A stretch of DNA of 64,000 nt from positions 870 through 64,869 of IMG/VR virus record IMGVR_UViG_2630968591_000003. One strand, 5' to 3'. The translations under genes and the position numbers were made by a program. The notes under the pieces are model-generated. The model was not told the DNA's origin, made no database searches, and saw nothing but the letters and a program-made list of their open reading frames with translations. This document shows positions 16,644 through 26,529 of this stretch, one piece after another; within the stretch, counting starts at the first letter, position 1, and every line of letters starts with the position of its first letter. The DNA comes from a virus.

Positions 16644-16982
16644 ATGGATATCTTTCACGCCTACCTCAAGAAACTGACCAAGGACGAGCGCCAGTCGCTC
16701 GCCGATCTGGTCGACACATCGGTCGCCTACCTCTGGCAGATCGCCTACAAGCAGCGCCGCTGCAATGAGTCGATGGCTATCGAAATCGAGAAGGCGTCGA
16801 AACGAGCTGTCCGCGTCGAGGACCTTCGGCCCGACGTTGATTGGGCCTACATCAGGGACTCGGCTCGATCCATCGCTGAAAGCGGTGCCGACATTGTAGA
16901 CCGATTGAAAGCTTCCGACGACGTGCAGCCTCCTGCGGGAGGCACGAATCGGAAGCGCAAGGAGGCGAAGCTCCGGGTTTAG
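16644..16982 (+). CDS. cro: Cro/YdaS-like repressor
   Basis: SLADLVDTSVAYLWQIAY...IEKAS...VEDLRPDVDWAYIR. Confidence 0.85.
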   Translation: MDIFHAYLKKLTKDERQSLADLVDTSVAYLWQIAYKQRRCNESMAIEIEKASKRAVRVEDLRPDVDWAYIRDSARSIAESGADIVDRLKASDDVQPPAGGTNRKRKEAKLRV

Positions 16983-17209
16983 AAGGTTGTTGTCCATAAC
17001 GGTTTTTGGTTTTCGTTTTATCGGAGGTCGCATCCTCCCTTTTTTTGGTCGTTAGCAGAAACCCTAACCGACCCTAATTTGGCGGGACGCTAAGGGAAGA
17101 AGTGATGAGCCGTTATCTATCAATGGTTTAAGGGCGCTAGCCGGCACCTGGCCAAAAGAGCCAGACCGATTCAACCAAAACATACGAGGGCGCTAAACAG
17201 CGCTTCTGG

Positions 17210-17617
17210 ATGCAAACCAAATTGTTCTACGAAGACGAGTTTGAAGCCCTCCAGCTGATGGTTAGCAGCAGCGGCAAGTCGGTCAAAGAGATCGCCGGGC
17301 ACCTGTGGCCCGACATGAAGCCCGAAAGCGCCTACGCGAAGTTGAAGGCGTGTCTGAACCCGAAGGGCGACGAGAACTTCCGGTTTAGCCAAGTCCTCGA
17401 ACTCATGCGCTTCTGCAACTGCTACGACCCGCTCTATTACGTATGCGACGAGACCATGCATGCCCGGCCGGATCGCAAGGCGCCCGAGGATGACGTGGTG
17501 AAACTCACGGAGACGATCCAGGCGGCTGCCGACGTGCTCACCAAGGCATCGGCTGCCCTTGAGCGCATCCAGAATCAAACGGCCATGATGCGGCCGGTTC
17601 CGCGGAGAGCAGCATGA
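17210..17617 (+). CDS. CII-like regulator
   Basis: Helical HTH-like protein between cro and replication genes. Confidence 0.55.
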   Translation: MQTKLFYEDEFEALQLMVSSSGKSVKEIAGHLWPDMKPESAYAKLKACLNPKGDENFRFSQVLELMRFCNCYDPLYYVCDETMHARPDRKAPEDDVVKLTETIQAAADVLTKASAALERIQNQTAMMRPVPRRAA

Positions 17618-17703
17618 CCCGCGCGCTGATCTTCCTTTGCTCCCTCATCTGCATGTGCGCTCTGCTCACGTGGGTTGGCAGTCTCCTTATTGAGAGGCTG
17701 TAA
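17614..17703 (+). CDS. Small hydrophobic peptide
   Basis: MTRALIFLCSLICMCALLTWVGSLLIERL, coupled at both ends. Confidence 0.4.
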   Translation: MTRALIFLCSLICMCALLTWVGSLLIERL

Positions 17704-18624
17704 TTGAACGACCTGCCGGAACCGCTGACGCCAGCTGACTGCGACTTGAAGGATTTCCCCTTCATGCCGCTCGAAGTAGCACGCTTACGCCGCTCGAAGG
17801 CATGGCTTGTGGCAAAGCGCACGCCGGCGCTCGCCTTTTACATGATCAACCTTTGGACGGCGTCCTGGCACGACAAGCCTGCTGCGTCGCTCGAAGATGA
17901 CGATGACGTGCTGGCTGACCTCGCCATGTGTGACCCGCACAAATGGACGAAGCTGAGAGCCGATGTCCTTCACGGATGGGTGAAGTGCACCGATGGTCGT
18001 CTCTACCATCCTGTTGTCGCTGAGAAGGCTCTTGATGCGTGGAATTCCAAGCTCGATCAACGATGGAAAACAGAATGCGCTCGCATCAAGAAACACAACG
18101 ACCGGCACGGGACAAAGATCCCCCGTCCTACTTTCGACGAGTGGATGTCCCAAGGTTGTCCCTCGGGACAGCGACTGCCTGTCCCTAGGGACAACTCCGG
18201 GACAGACTCCGGACAAGTTGGGGAAACGCCATCCAAGAGAGAGGGAGAGGGAGAGGGACAGAGAGAGTCTTTAAAAACTACCGTACCTACCGGTACGGGC
18301 GCCGAAGCGCCGAGCGGGATGAGTTCGCAGGAATCGATTTTCAGGATTGGCGTGCCTTGGCTGGTCAGCCATGCGGGCACAAACGTCAAAGAATCGAACA
18401 TTCGCTCAATGTTGGGCGGTGCTGTGAAGCAACTTGGCGACGATGGCGCGTGGGCAGTGGTGCAGGACTGCATGCGCGAAACGCCGATTGAGCCTGTCGC
18501 CTGGATCGCGGCTGCAATCAACGCCCGCATTCCTGCTGGCAAGGGCAAAGGGAAGCAGAGTCGCCACAGCGGCTTTGACAAGATCGATTATCGAGATGGG
18601 GTGAACGATGATGGAAGTTTCTGA
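17704..18624 (+). CDS. DUF1376/YdaU-like replication initiator (O-analogue)
   Basis: DFPFMPLEVARLRRS...LWTASW...SLEDDDDVLA...GRLYHPVVAE; upstream of DnaC-like gene. Confidence 0.8.
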   Translation: MNDLPEPLTPADCDLKDFPFMPLEVARLRRSKAWLVAKRTPALAFYMINLWTASWHDKPAASLEDDDDVLADLAMCDPHKWTKLRADVLHGWVKCTDGRLYHPVVAEKALDAWNSKLDQRWKTECARIKKHNDRHGTKIPRPTFDEWMSQGCPSGQRLPVPRDNSGTDSGQVGETPSKREGEGEGQRESLKTTVPTGTGAEAPSGMSSQESIFRIGVPWLVSHAGTNVKESNIRSMLGGAVKQLGDDGAWAVVQDCMRETPIEPVAWIAAAINARIPAGKGKGKQSRHSGFDKIDYRDGVNDDGSF

Positions 18625-19387
18625 GGCGAAGGTGTCCCGTACGAGCGAATGCGACCGGCATGGATCGTACGAAGAGTCGGGCGTGACGTTGCCGTTCGGA
18701 TCGCGGCGCACGATCTGGTCCGGTTGCGTTGCCTGCAATGCGGAGCGGCGTGAGACCGAGGAGAAGCGGCGTATCGCTGAAGAAGAGGCTCAGCGCCAGC
18801 GCCGCCTCGAGCAGCGTCTGAGCACGTCAGGAATCCCGCTGAGGTTTCGCGACCGGACCTTCGATAACTTCGTCGCGGATACGGATGCAAAGAAAACCGC
18901 GCTGCAGATTGCAGCCGAATTCGTCGACCAGTTCGCTGATCATGCCGAGCGCGGAACGACGGTGATCTTTTCCGGCAAGCCGGGAACAGGCAAAAGCCAC
19001 CTGGCGCTCGCCGCGGCAATGGCCGTCATGAAGTCGTCGACGGCGCTCTACGTCAACGCGCTCGATCTGATCCGCATGGTTCGCGACACATGGCGCCGTG
19101 ATTCCGAGATGACGGAAAGCGCCGTTCTCAACGAACTTTCGGCCGTAAGCCTACTGGTGATCGACGAGATCGGCGTTCAGTACGGCACGGAAGGCGAGCA
19201 AGTCATCCTGTTTGACGTTCTGAACCGCCGGTATCGCGATTTGATGCCGACGATCCTGCTGACGAACCTCGGCAAGACCGGCATGAAGGAATTCCTTGGA
19301 GAGCGCAGTTTCGACCGTCTCCGCGAAGGCGGGATCTGGGTGGCGTTCGACTGGGAATCCCACCGCGGCGCCCGCAAGGCAGCATGA
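18608..19387 (+). CDS. DnaC/IstB-like AAA+ helicase loader
   Basis: Walker A GKPGTGKS, Walker B LLVIDE, TILLTN, DRLRE. Confidence 0.9.
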   Translation: MMEVSEAKVSRTSECDRHGSYEESGVTLPFGSRRTIWSGCVACNAERRETEEKRRIAEEEAQRQRRLEQRLSTSGIPLRFRDRTFDNFVADTDAKKTALQIAAEFVDQFADHAERGTTVIFSGKPGTGKSHLALAAAMAVMKSSTALYVNALDLIRMVRDTWRRDSEMTESAVLNELSAVSLLVIDEIGVQYGTEGEQVILFDVLNRRYRDLMPTILLTNLGKTGMKEFLGERSFDRLREGGIWVAFDWESHRGARKAA

Positions 19388-19539
19388 CACCGGAGCAAGC
19401 GGCCGAGGTCGTTGCCGAAATTGCAGAGTGGCCTTTGCCTGAGCGACGGGCCTACATCAAGCAGATCCGAGAAGCGTTCGGCGATGCGGCGGCAAAGCAG
19501 ATCGAGGCTGGGCTAACCGAATTGTGGAATCGTAGGTAA
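19384..19539 (+). CDS. Small hypothetical protein
   Basis: MTPEQAAEVVAEIAEWPLPERRAYI..., 51 aa read manually. Confidence 0.5.
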   Translation: MTPEQAAEVVAEIAEWPLPERRAYIKQIREAFGDAAAKQIEAGLTELWNRR

Positions 19540-19546
19540 GGGAGCG

Positions 19547-20074
19547 ATGGAAATGGAACGAGGTACGGGCGTGGCGGATAGTACTCCTCAAAACAAGACG
19601 ATTCTCGCGATCGATCCGGGAACAGAGAAATCCGGCTGGTGCATTTTTCAGGATGGAAAGGTGTCCGACTCCGGCATTGACGAGAACGACGTCATCTTGA
19701 GCCTCGTTTATGGATGGCTTGGCGGCCCAATGGCGATCGAAATGGTTTCCAGCTACGGAATGCCTGTCGGTCGGGAAGTCTTCGAGACTGTGCTTTGGAT
19801 CGGGCGATTTGTCGAGGCACATCAATCGCCGGAATCTGTCCGCCTCGTGTACCGCAAGGACGTGAAGTTGCATCTGTGCGGATCGCCGAAGGCAAAGGAC
19901 GGAAATATTCGTCAAGCCCTGATCGACATGTTTCCGCGCACTGGCGGAGGGAAGACGCCGCAGGTTGGTACCAAGAAGCAACCCGGTCCGCTTTTCGGCG
20001 TGTCGTCGCACGCTTGGTCCGCGCTTGCGGTTGCCGTCTATGCGACGCATCAACGTGAACTGGAGGCCGCCTGA
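19547..20074 (+). CDS. RuvC-like Holliday junction resolvase
   Basis: ILAIDPGTEKSG, AIE, K..I..AL, HAWSALAVA. Confidence 0.75.
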   Translation: MEMERGTGVADSTPQNKTILAIDPGTEKSGWCIFQDGKVSDSGIDENDVILSLVYGWLGGPMAIEMVSSYGMPVGREVFETVLWIGRFVEAHQSPESVRLVYRKDVKLHLCGSPKAKDGNIRQALIDMFPRTGGGKTPQVGTKKQPGPLFGVSSHAWSALAVAVYATHQRELEAA

Positions 20075-20547
20075 TGGCCCGCTCCCAAAAGCCCCGCAAG
20101 AAGTACCAGCCGGCTCGCTGGCTCGAGCGCATGGTCAAGGCTCAAGAGACTCGCATGGATGTCCGGCCGTTGGATGACGACAAGCAGCGCGACCTAGGCA
20201 TCGCCTTTCGCGTCGCGTTCGACCTGATGATCCACGGGGGTGACGAAAGCGCATGGCACACGTTGGCTCAAGCGCTGAATATCGCCCTCGTCCTTTGCGA
20301 AGACGACTTCGGGAAGGCATACGAGCCCGACCTGAAGGCGGCGCTTGAGGGCCTGGTCCGCGCGAAGGAGCGATTTAACCGAACCGGCAAATGGGGATTC
20401 GACGGCGGCGCCATCCAGACGATTCGCTTCGGTCTGGAACTGCACGAAGAGCAGATGCGAGTAGCGGAGCGGTCGGCTGTTCGTCGAGCGATTCGCGAAG
20501 TCGAGCGTCGCATTGACAACGGTGATGTCTATCAGGAGGCCGCTTGA
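20074..20547 (+). CDS. Conserved phage hypothetical protein (nin region)
   Basis: 157-aa ORF, coupled. Confidence 0.7.
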   Translation: MARSQKPRKKYQPARWLERMVKAQETRMDVRPLDDDKQRDLGIAFRVAFDLMIHGGDESAWHTLAQALNIALVLCEDDFGKAYEPDLKAALEGLVRAKERFNRTGKWGFDGGAIQTIRFGLELHEEQMRVAERSAVRRAIREVERRIDNGDVYQEAA

Positions 20548-21062
20548 TGTACACAAAACCATGGCTAGTTTCCGAAGAAGCGACGCTTCGAACAATGTGG
20601 GCCGCCGGAGTCGATCCGAAATTGATCGCGTCCTACATTCCCGGAAGGTCAAGGGACGCAATTAGCAGGCATGCGCTCCACTTGGAACTCAATCGCCCCC
20701 ACTGGTACAAGCCGCCTAGGCCCCACACCAACTGGGATCAAGTCGAACAAATCATGACCGATGCCGGCTGCCCACTGAAAGCTGATCGGATAGCCGAACT
20801 ATCCGGCCTGCATGGCTCGGTCGTTTACAAAGTCCTCAATGATCGACGAGGAAGGCTCGTCTACGTGGCCGACTGGCTCATCACTACGCGAAAGCCGGCT
20901 GCCCTGTGGATGCTTGGTTGCAAACCGGACGCCCATCATCCGCTACGAGGGAAACAGAACCCCTTCGCCGTTGCCGCCGGCCTCGTGGCGATTCCCGAGG
21001 GCCGGCGCGGTCGCATCTATCAACAGTCGATGAGCATCACTGACAAGGAACTCGCGGCATGA
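20547..21062 (+). CDS. HTH/Myb-like DNA-binding protein
   Basis: W..SEEATLRTMW...IASYIPGRSRDAI plus second HTH. Confidence 0.55.
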   Translation: MYTKPWLVSEEATLRTMWAAGVDPKLIASYIPGRSRDAISRHALHLELNRPHWYKPPRPHTNWDQVEQIMTDAGCPLKADRIAELSGLHGSVVYKVLNDRRGRLVYVADWLITTRKPAALWMLGCKPDAHHPLRGKQNPFAVAAGLVAIPEGRRGRIYQQSMSITDKELAA

Positions 21063-21283
21063 AATCGCAAACCGAAACGACTCAGCTTGTCATCGGTATG
21101 AGCCACCGCGAGATGGTGGACATCATGCAATCGGCGGGGATCTTTTGCTCGCCAGATCGCTTCTGCCGAATCCTGCAGGAAGCGCAACGCCGCGCCCTTG
21201 CTGAACGAGCACTCGAACGCATGGCGGAGAACGCGGAGGAGCTTAGGTTGGATGACGTGGAGCCGGAAAGTGAAAAAGACTGA
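21059..21283 (+). CDS. Hypothetical protein
   Basis: 74-aa ORF, coupled. Confidence 0.55.
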   Translation: MKSQTETTQLVIGMSHREMVDIMQSAGIFCSPDRFCRILQEAQRRALAERALERMAENAEELRLDDVEPESEKD

Positions 21284-21476
21284 TTGGTTCCCGCCAGAGA
21301 GTAAGCCCGTTCGCGTCGGCATCTATGAAAGTCAGATTTTCGACGCCGGTTGGATGTACGACTGGTTTGTCTGGTGGGATGGGCGGATGTGGCGCGACAA
21401 AGAGAGCGGATGGACGCTGGAAAATCAAAACATCACTTGGCGTGGAATCGAGGCGAAAAATGAAGAGCAGCGCTGA
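21270..21476 (+). CDS. Trp-rich hypothetical protein
   Basis: MKKTDWFPPESKPVRVGIYE... Confidence 0.55.
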   Translation: MKKTDWFPPESKPVRVGIYESQIFDAGWMYDWFVWWDGRMWRDKESGWTLENQNITWRGIEAKNEEQR

Positions 21477-21642
21477 ATTGGTAGTCAAGCTGGGTCAGTT
21501 GCACACGAAGATCGAGGAAGCATCGGCCAAGGGGTTTAAGACGGACGCGGCAATGAAGCTGCTCTATGAGCTCGAAAGCGTCGTCGATTCCCTGCTCGCT
21601 GTCGGTACGGCTGAGTTTGTGGCGCGCGAGGTGACGCAATGA
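21460..21642 (+). CDS. Hypothetical protein
   Basis: MKSSAELVVKLG..., 60 aa. Confidence 0.45.
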   Translation: MKSSAELVVKLGQLHTKIEEASAKGFKTDAAMKLLYELESVVDSLLAVGTAEFVAREVTQ

Positions 21643-21782
21643 CCATCGCACCGTATCTATTCGCCATCGGATTCGCCATCGGCGGCATTCTCTCAACGCG
21701 CCGGATCGGCCTCGGCGACTGGCGCTACTGGTCGATTATGGCGCTGGTCGGCGCCGCTGCGGTGGTCGGGAGGGTCTCGTGA
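21639..21782 (+). CDS. Small two-helix membrane protein
   Basis: MTIAPYLFAIGFAIGGILS...WSIMALVGAAAVVG. Confidence 0.45.
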   Translation: MTIAPYLFAIGFAIGGILSTRRIGLGDWRYWSIMALVGAAAVVGRVS

Positions 21783-22312
21783 CTGCGCCGACCAAGATCC
21801 TATTCCTCGACATCGACGGCGTGCTGAACAGCCATCGAACCGTGACTATTCACGGTGGCCCGACTGAGTTTGGCGGCAAGCCTCGCGGCGGCGGATTCCC
21901 GCACGACTTTAGCGAGTCCGGCATGAAGAAGTTCGACCCGGTTGCGGTCGCTCTGATCCGCCAAGTCTGTATCGAAACAGATTGTTCAATCGTCCTCTCT
22001 TCGGCATGGCGAGTTTTGTTCAGCGCTCACGAATGCGCAAACAGTCTTGATCTGCCGATTATCGATAAGACGCCCAACCTCGCCGACGTGCGCGGAGCCG
22101 AAATCAAGGCGTGGCTCGACCAGCATCCGGAAGTCGAGCATTACGCGATCGTCGATGACAACAGCGACATGCTGGAATCTCAGCGCAGCAACTTCGTGCA
22201 GACGGACGGGCTAGAAGGCCTCAGCTATCGCGATTTCTGTGCGCTGCGTGACATCTTGGACGGCCGCGGCACAGGGCATCAACGCAAGGCTTTGGTGTGG
22301 GAGGACATGTGA
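21779..22312 (+). CDS. HAD-superfamily phosphatase (Swiss Army Knife RNA-repair type)
   Basis: ILFLDIDGVLN, IVLSSAWR, YAIVDD. Confidence 0.85.
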   Translation: MTAPTKILFLDIDGVLNSHRTVTIHGGPTEFGGKPRGGGFPHDFSESGMKKFDPVAVALIRQVCIETDCSIVLSSAWRVLFSAHECANSLDLPIIDKTPNLADVRGAEIKAWLDQHPEVEHYAIVDDNSDMLESQRSNFVQTDGLEGLSYRDFCALRDILDGRGTGHQRKALVWEDM

Positions 22313-22794
22313 GCGACATCCAGACTGCATTCCAAGGCGAGCTGCAGCTCGCAGGATGGTCCGAGACGCATAACGGCGGCTGCAAAGTCACGTTCTGGCT
22401 GCCGGATGCGACCGAGCTCGACGCGTTTCGCTCCCTGACGGTTCGCAAAGGCAACACCGCCGGCCACCGCTTCATGGCGGCGCTCGTCGAAATTGGTGAC
22501 GATGAAACACCAGTCCAACGCGAGCCGGAGCCGGAGAAGCCAAAGGGCGGCGCCCTAGCCGTTCTCGCCGGCCGCCTCTGTATGGATCCCGAGTTTTGGC
22601 GCTTCCTTGAGAACGAATACGGCGTTTCCTTTCATGCTTGCCAGGCAGCGAACGAAGCCGCTCAATGGATTCGCGAGCAATGCGGTGTAGCGAGCCGCGC
22701 CGAGCTCGACCATAACGAAGAAGCCGCCGCCACGTTTCATCGCGTGGTGCGCGGGCCTTGGCAGAAGTATTGTCAGCGTCGAGGTGCTGCATGA
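22309..22794 (+). CDS. Conserved phage hypothetical protein
   Basis: FQGELQLAGWSETHNGGCKVTFWL...CGVASRAELDHN. Confidence 0.7.
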   Translation: MSDIQTAFQGELQLAGWSETHNGGCKVTFWLPDATELDAFRSLTVRKGNTAGHRFMAALVEIGDDETPVQREPEPEKPKGGALAVLAGRLCMDPEFWRFLENEYGVSFHACQAANEAAQWIREQCGVASRAELDHNEEAAATFHRVVRGPWQKYCQRRGAA

Positions 22795-22879
22795 AAAGCC
22801 ATGCGATCGAAGGGAAATCGACTACGACAGAGCGTGCACCGCAGGGAATCTCGCAGGGCGCAAAGATTCGGGAGGCGTT

Positions 22880-23569
22880 GTGAAACTGAATGACCTTTCC
22901 GGGCAGAAATATGGCCGCTTCACAGTTGAATCTATCGACCCTACAAGGAACAAGGAGGGGCGCATCAAATGGATATGCATCTGTGATTGCGGGACTCGAT
23001 TCTCTACCACGGGCCGGAATATCAAAAGTGGCAACACGCGTAGTTGCGGGTGTCTTCGCAAGGAGACGTCGATCGAGGGCCTTAAGGCGCGGGGACAGAT
23101 TGGTAATTCGCTAATCCAAGCGGCCGGATCCAAGGCTTCCACAAAACATGGCATGCACCGGACGCGGACTTACCATTCTTGGAACAACATGAAAATGCGT
23201 TGCCTGAATCCGGGGGCGGACTCCTACCCAGCCTATGGCGGAAGGGGAATCAAGGTTTGCGAAAGATGGTATTCCTTCGAAAATTTCCTAGAAGACATGG
23301 GTGAATGCCCGGACGGGTTCTCTATTGAGCGAAAGGAGGTGAATGGAGATTACGAGAAAGGAAATTGCGCATGGGCGTCGATGGAGGTTCAACAAAACAA
23401 CAAGCGCAACAACAGATTCATCGAGTATCAAGGTAAGACGCTGACAGCGACGCAATGGGAAAGACTATTTGGTCTCCGGAATGGAACGGTTCTGCAACGG
23501 CTTAGACGCGGTTGGCCCATAGACCGAATATTCGAGAGGCCCCGAACATGCGCGCGGAGCGTTGCATGA
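22880..23569 (+). CDS. HNH-type homing endonuclease
   Basis: WICICDCG, TRSCGC, YHSWNNMKMRC, YGGRGIKVCERW, SIERKEVNGDYEKGNCAWA...QNNKRNN; AT-richer than flanks. Confidence 0.8.
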   Translation: MKLNDLSGQKYGRFTVESIDPTRNKEGRIKWICICDCGTRFSTTGRNIKSGNTRSCGCLRKETSIEGLKARGQIGNSLIQAAGSKASTKHGMHRTRTYHSWNNMKMRCLNPGADSYPAYGGRGIKVCERWYSFENFLEDMGECPDGFSIERKEVNGDYEKGNCAWASMEVQQNNKRNNRFIEYQGKTLTATQWERLFGLRNGTVLQRLRRGWPIDRIFERPRTCARSVA

Positions 23570-24018
23570 AGCGATCCCCACTCCAACGTAAGACGCCGAT
23601 GACGCGCGGCTCCTGGAAAAGCTCACCGGTCAAATCAACGGACTGGCGCGAGGATCTGCGCAGCGGCGGGATAAAGCGGCGCATCAAGAAGCCCACGGTC
23701 GCGGAAGGATCGAAATACCTGGCGGCTTGCCGCGAAGAGCCCTGCTACCTCAACGTCATGTGCCCGTGGACGGATTGGGCTGACCCGACTGTCGTCGATT
23801 GCCATTCGAACCAGGCCAAGCATGGCAAAGCAGGCGCCCGCAAGGCGGATCACGAATTCACCGTTCCCGGCTGCGCCAAGTGTCATTACTGGCTCGACTT
23901 CGGGCCTGCACCGTGGGAAGAGAAATGCGCCGTGTTTGACGACGCACTGGAGCGCTGGAAGCCGAGGCGTGCGAGAAAGATGGGATTGATCGAACAACAA
24001 GAATTGGAGGTTGCATGA
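23566..24018 (+). CDS. DUF1364/Ref-like His-Me nuclease family protein
   Basis: YLAACREEPC...VVDCHSN...K...PGCAKCHYWLD. Confidence 0.7.
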   Translation: MKRSPLQRKTPMTRGSWKSSPVKSTDWREDLRSGGIKRRIKKPTVAEGSKYLAACREEPCYLNVMCPWTDWADPTVVDCHSNQAKHGKAGARKADHEFTVPGCAKCHYWLDFGPAPWEEKCAVFDDALERWKPRRARKMGLIEQQELEVA

Positions 24019-24350
24019 TTGACATCGACAAGTTGGAAGAATTTGCAAAGGCGGCCACGCCGCAGAACATCGACGGCGCCGAAATCATCGAGCGTCACGA
24101 AGATGGAAGGTGTATCGAATGCCCAGCGTGCGGCGGCGAGGGGAGCGTGGAAATAGAGGCCGATTTCTGCAACTACGATGGCGAAGCGATCGGTCTGCAG
24201 TTCTACGGTATCGGTAATGCACATGGAGCCGCCGAAGCTTATTTTCGTGCAGCCAATCCCGCCACAATCCTCGAACTCTGCGCAGAGCTTCGGAGGCTGC
24301 GCGCCCTAGTTGAAATGTCAGTCGCACAAATAGCACAACAGCATCCGTAG
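24015..24350 (+). CDS. Ead/Ea22-like protein
   Basis: IDKLEEFAKAATP...RAANPATILEL. Confidence 0.65.
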   Translation: MIDIDKLEEFAKAATPQNIDGAEIIERHEDGRCIECPACGGEGSVEIEADFCNYDGEAIGLQFYGIGNAHGAAEAYFRAANPATILELCAELRRLRALVEMSVAQIAQQHP

Positions 24351-24425
24351 TACAACTTAATTCGTTGTACAATAGGTTGATTCCAAAGGCAGTAACCAAC
24401 TACATTTTGTGTCGCGGGGTTCGTG

Positions 24426-24938
24426 ATGTTCAAAGACCAGATCGCAAGTGACGTTCGCAGCTCGAATCTCGCGTGGAACGAGCGCGAGGTTAAATCCATC
24501 GACCGCATCACCGCGCTCGGCATGTCGGATCAGTTGGGCGCCGCACTCTTCCGATTCAAGTACGGCTCAGACGGCGCGGCTGGCAAGCGTGCATTGCACC
24601 TGTTGACGCACAAAGCGACGCGTAGCCTCGGCATAGAAATGACCTACGCGCGGAAACTCGCGACGGCATGTCTTCTTGAATTCGTGGCCGACACGTGCGA
24701 GAAATGCAACGGTACGGGGATCGTCATGAAGTCTGGGCATTCGGACGGCTGCAAGAAGTGTGAGGGATCGGGGCTAAAGCGCTACTCGGATACCGAGCGC
24801 GCGCTTGCCGCCGGCCTCCCGATAGATAGCTTCAAGGCTAAGCATCTAAAAAAGTTCGATCAGGTCATGACTTGCCTGATGGGATCTGTCGCGGCGACGG
24901 GCGGGAAGGTGCGCCACTTGCTTAGGGAGGCGGCGTGA
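24426..24938 (+). CDS. Probable Q-like late antiterminator (CxxCxGxG Zn finger)
   Basis: CEKCNGTG...CKKCEGSG; near end of delayed-early operon before the late promoter. Confidence 0.5.
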   Translation: MFKDQIASDVRSSNLAWNEREVKSIDRITALGMSDQLGAALFRFKYGSDGAAGKRALHLLTHKATRSLGIEMTYARKLATACLLEFVADTCEKCNGTGIVMKSGHSDGCKKCEGSGLKRYSDTERALAAGLPIDSFKAKHLKKFDQVMTCLMGSVAATGGKVRHLLREAA

Positions 24939-25660
24939 GCTTCGTTAAACGCTTCGAACGCAACACCGTAGGCCGAGACTTCGCTGTTGGCGACATCCAC
25001 GGACATTTCACCGCGCTTCAGAATCGACTGGCACAGATCGGCTTTAATCGCGACGTCGATCGACTGTTCAGCGTGGGTGATCTGGTTGACCGTGGCCCGG
25101 AATCCGATAACGCGCTAGAGTGGATTGACCTGCCGTGGTTTCACGCCGTCAGAGGGAACCACGAAGACATGGCTATTCGCTGGCCTAGCGGCAACATGGA
25201 CAGCGCGCACTATGCGGCAAATGGCGGCGGCTGGAACGTTTCGAATCCGCGCTATCTGCAACTTGCGTTCTCCGGCGCGTTCGACGCACTGCCCATCGCA
25301 ATGGAAGTTGAGACAGAAGCGGGCCTAGTTGGCATCGTGCACGCTGACTGCCCCTTTCCGACCTGGCGAGACTTTACGGTTTCTATCGACGACTCGAACC
25401 TGTCGAATAAGATGCGCAAAGCCATCTTTGAGGCGGCTCTGTGGTCGCGTGAACGCATTCAGGATGAAGACCGCAGCGGCGTTGCCGGCATTCGGGCGCT
25501 GATCGTCGGCCATACGCCGTTGAAGAATCCCGCCGTTCTGGGCAACGTGCACTACATCGACACGGGCGGCTGGTTCCGTGACGGGTATTTCACGTTGATC
25601 GACTTGTCGACGCTGGAGACGATTCCGCCGATACCGGGGAAACTGGATTGGGCGGCATAA
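24935..25660 (+). CDS. ninI: NinI/PphA-like Ser/Thr protein phosphatase
   Basis: VGDIHG, VGDLVDRG, RGNHE, VGHTP, IDTG. Confidence 0.9.
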   Translation: MSFVKRFERNTVGRDFAVGDIHGHFTALQNRLAQIGFNRDVDRLFSVGDLVDRGPESDNALEWIDLPWFHAVRGNHEDMAIRWPSGNMDSAHYAANGGGWNVSNPRYLQLAFSGAFDALPIAMEVETEAGLVGIVHADCPFPTWRDFTVSIDDSNLSNKMRKAIFEAALWSRERIQDEDRSGVAGIRALIVGHTPLKNPAVLGNVHYIDTGGWFRDGYFTLIDLSTLETIPPIPGKLDWAA

Positions 25661-25680
25661 AACAACATCTAGTTAAAAAC

Positions 25681-25711
25681 TTGTTTCAAACCACAACACG
25701 TGGTATATACT
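25681..25711 (+). promoter_or_regulatory. Putative late promoter (pR'-like)
   Basis: TTGTTT...TATACT in an AT-rich gap, about 100 nt before a strong terminator. Confidence 0.45.
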
Positions 25712-25808
25712 GTGCCCGTACCGTCTCGCATTAAGGATGTTTGGGGCGGTAGAGCCTAAGGGCTCCCATTTTTCTCCCGCAGCGGTCTCGCTCGCGCCAA
25801 AATTCCCG

Positions 25809-25835
25809 AAGCCACCCTAACCCGGTGGCTTTTTT
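25809..25835 (+). terminator. tR'-like intrinsic terminator
   Basis: aagccacc-ctaaccc-ggtggctt-tttt. Confidence 0.7.
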
Positions 25836-25846
25836 GCGTTCAAGCC

Positions 25847-26029
25847 ATGCGCTTCCCTGTCCCCCTCGAATCCGGAATGTACGGGAACCCCGAGCACGTG
25901 CTTGAGCAAAAGCAAGCGCAAGAGGCCAACGAAAAGCGCAAGGCTAGACGTACGCTAACCGTTCGGCCTGAGTGGAGCGAAGCACGAAAGGCGGTGGAGC
26001 AACTTTTCGAGCGGCTTGATGAACACTGA
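25847..26029 (+). CDS. Small hypothetical protein
   Basis: 60-aa ORF, first after the terminator. Confidence 0.5.
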   Translation: MRFPVPLESGMYGNPEHVLEQKQAQEANEKRKARRTLTVRPEWSEARKAVEQLFERLDEH

Positions 26030-26506
26030 AACCGAAAATCTGATCGACTCGATCGAGCAAGACATCCAGCGCGTCAGGAACCTTGACGCTGCGCTGAAGG
26101 CGTCGCTAATCGCCAAGCTCGACGAACTGCGTAAACTGGTGAAGTAATGGACGAGATCCTAGAGGCATTGGCCGCCGGCCCGTTGCTCGCCGCGGCGTGG
26201 CACCTTGGGATGTGCCGTGCGCTCACTGCGTGGGCGGACTTCCTGGTCGACCTGAGCGACGACTGATTAAGTAATGCAGACGCCTCAAAACGAGGCCTCT
26301 CAATGAGGCGCCCCGCGAGAACCGTTCCTCTAAGCCACGAGCTATGGAGGGGCATACGTCAAGCGCGGGGCTCCTCCTTGAGAGCTAGGCATGTCAAAGC
26401 CGACAGCGGGCGGCCGGGACTACGACAGCCCGGCGTAAGACTGCCATTGAGCGAATTCCCGCCGCTCTCACCAATCCCCTACCTGCATCACCTCCTTGCA
26501 GGTTTA

Positions 26507-26529
26507 GCCCGCCACGAGCGGGCGTTTTT
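26507..26529 (+). terminator. Intrinsic terminator
   Basis: gcccgc-cacga-gcgggc-gttttt. Confidence 0.6.
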
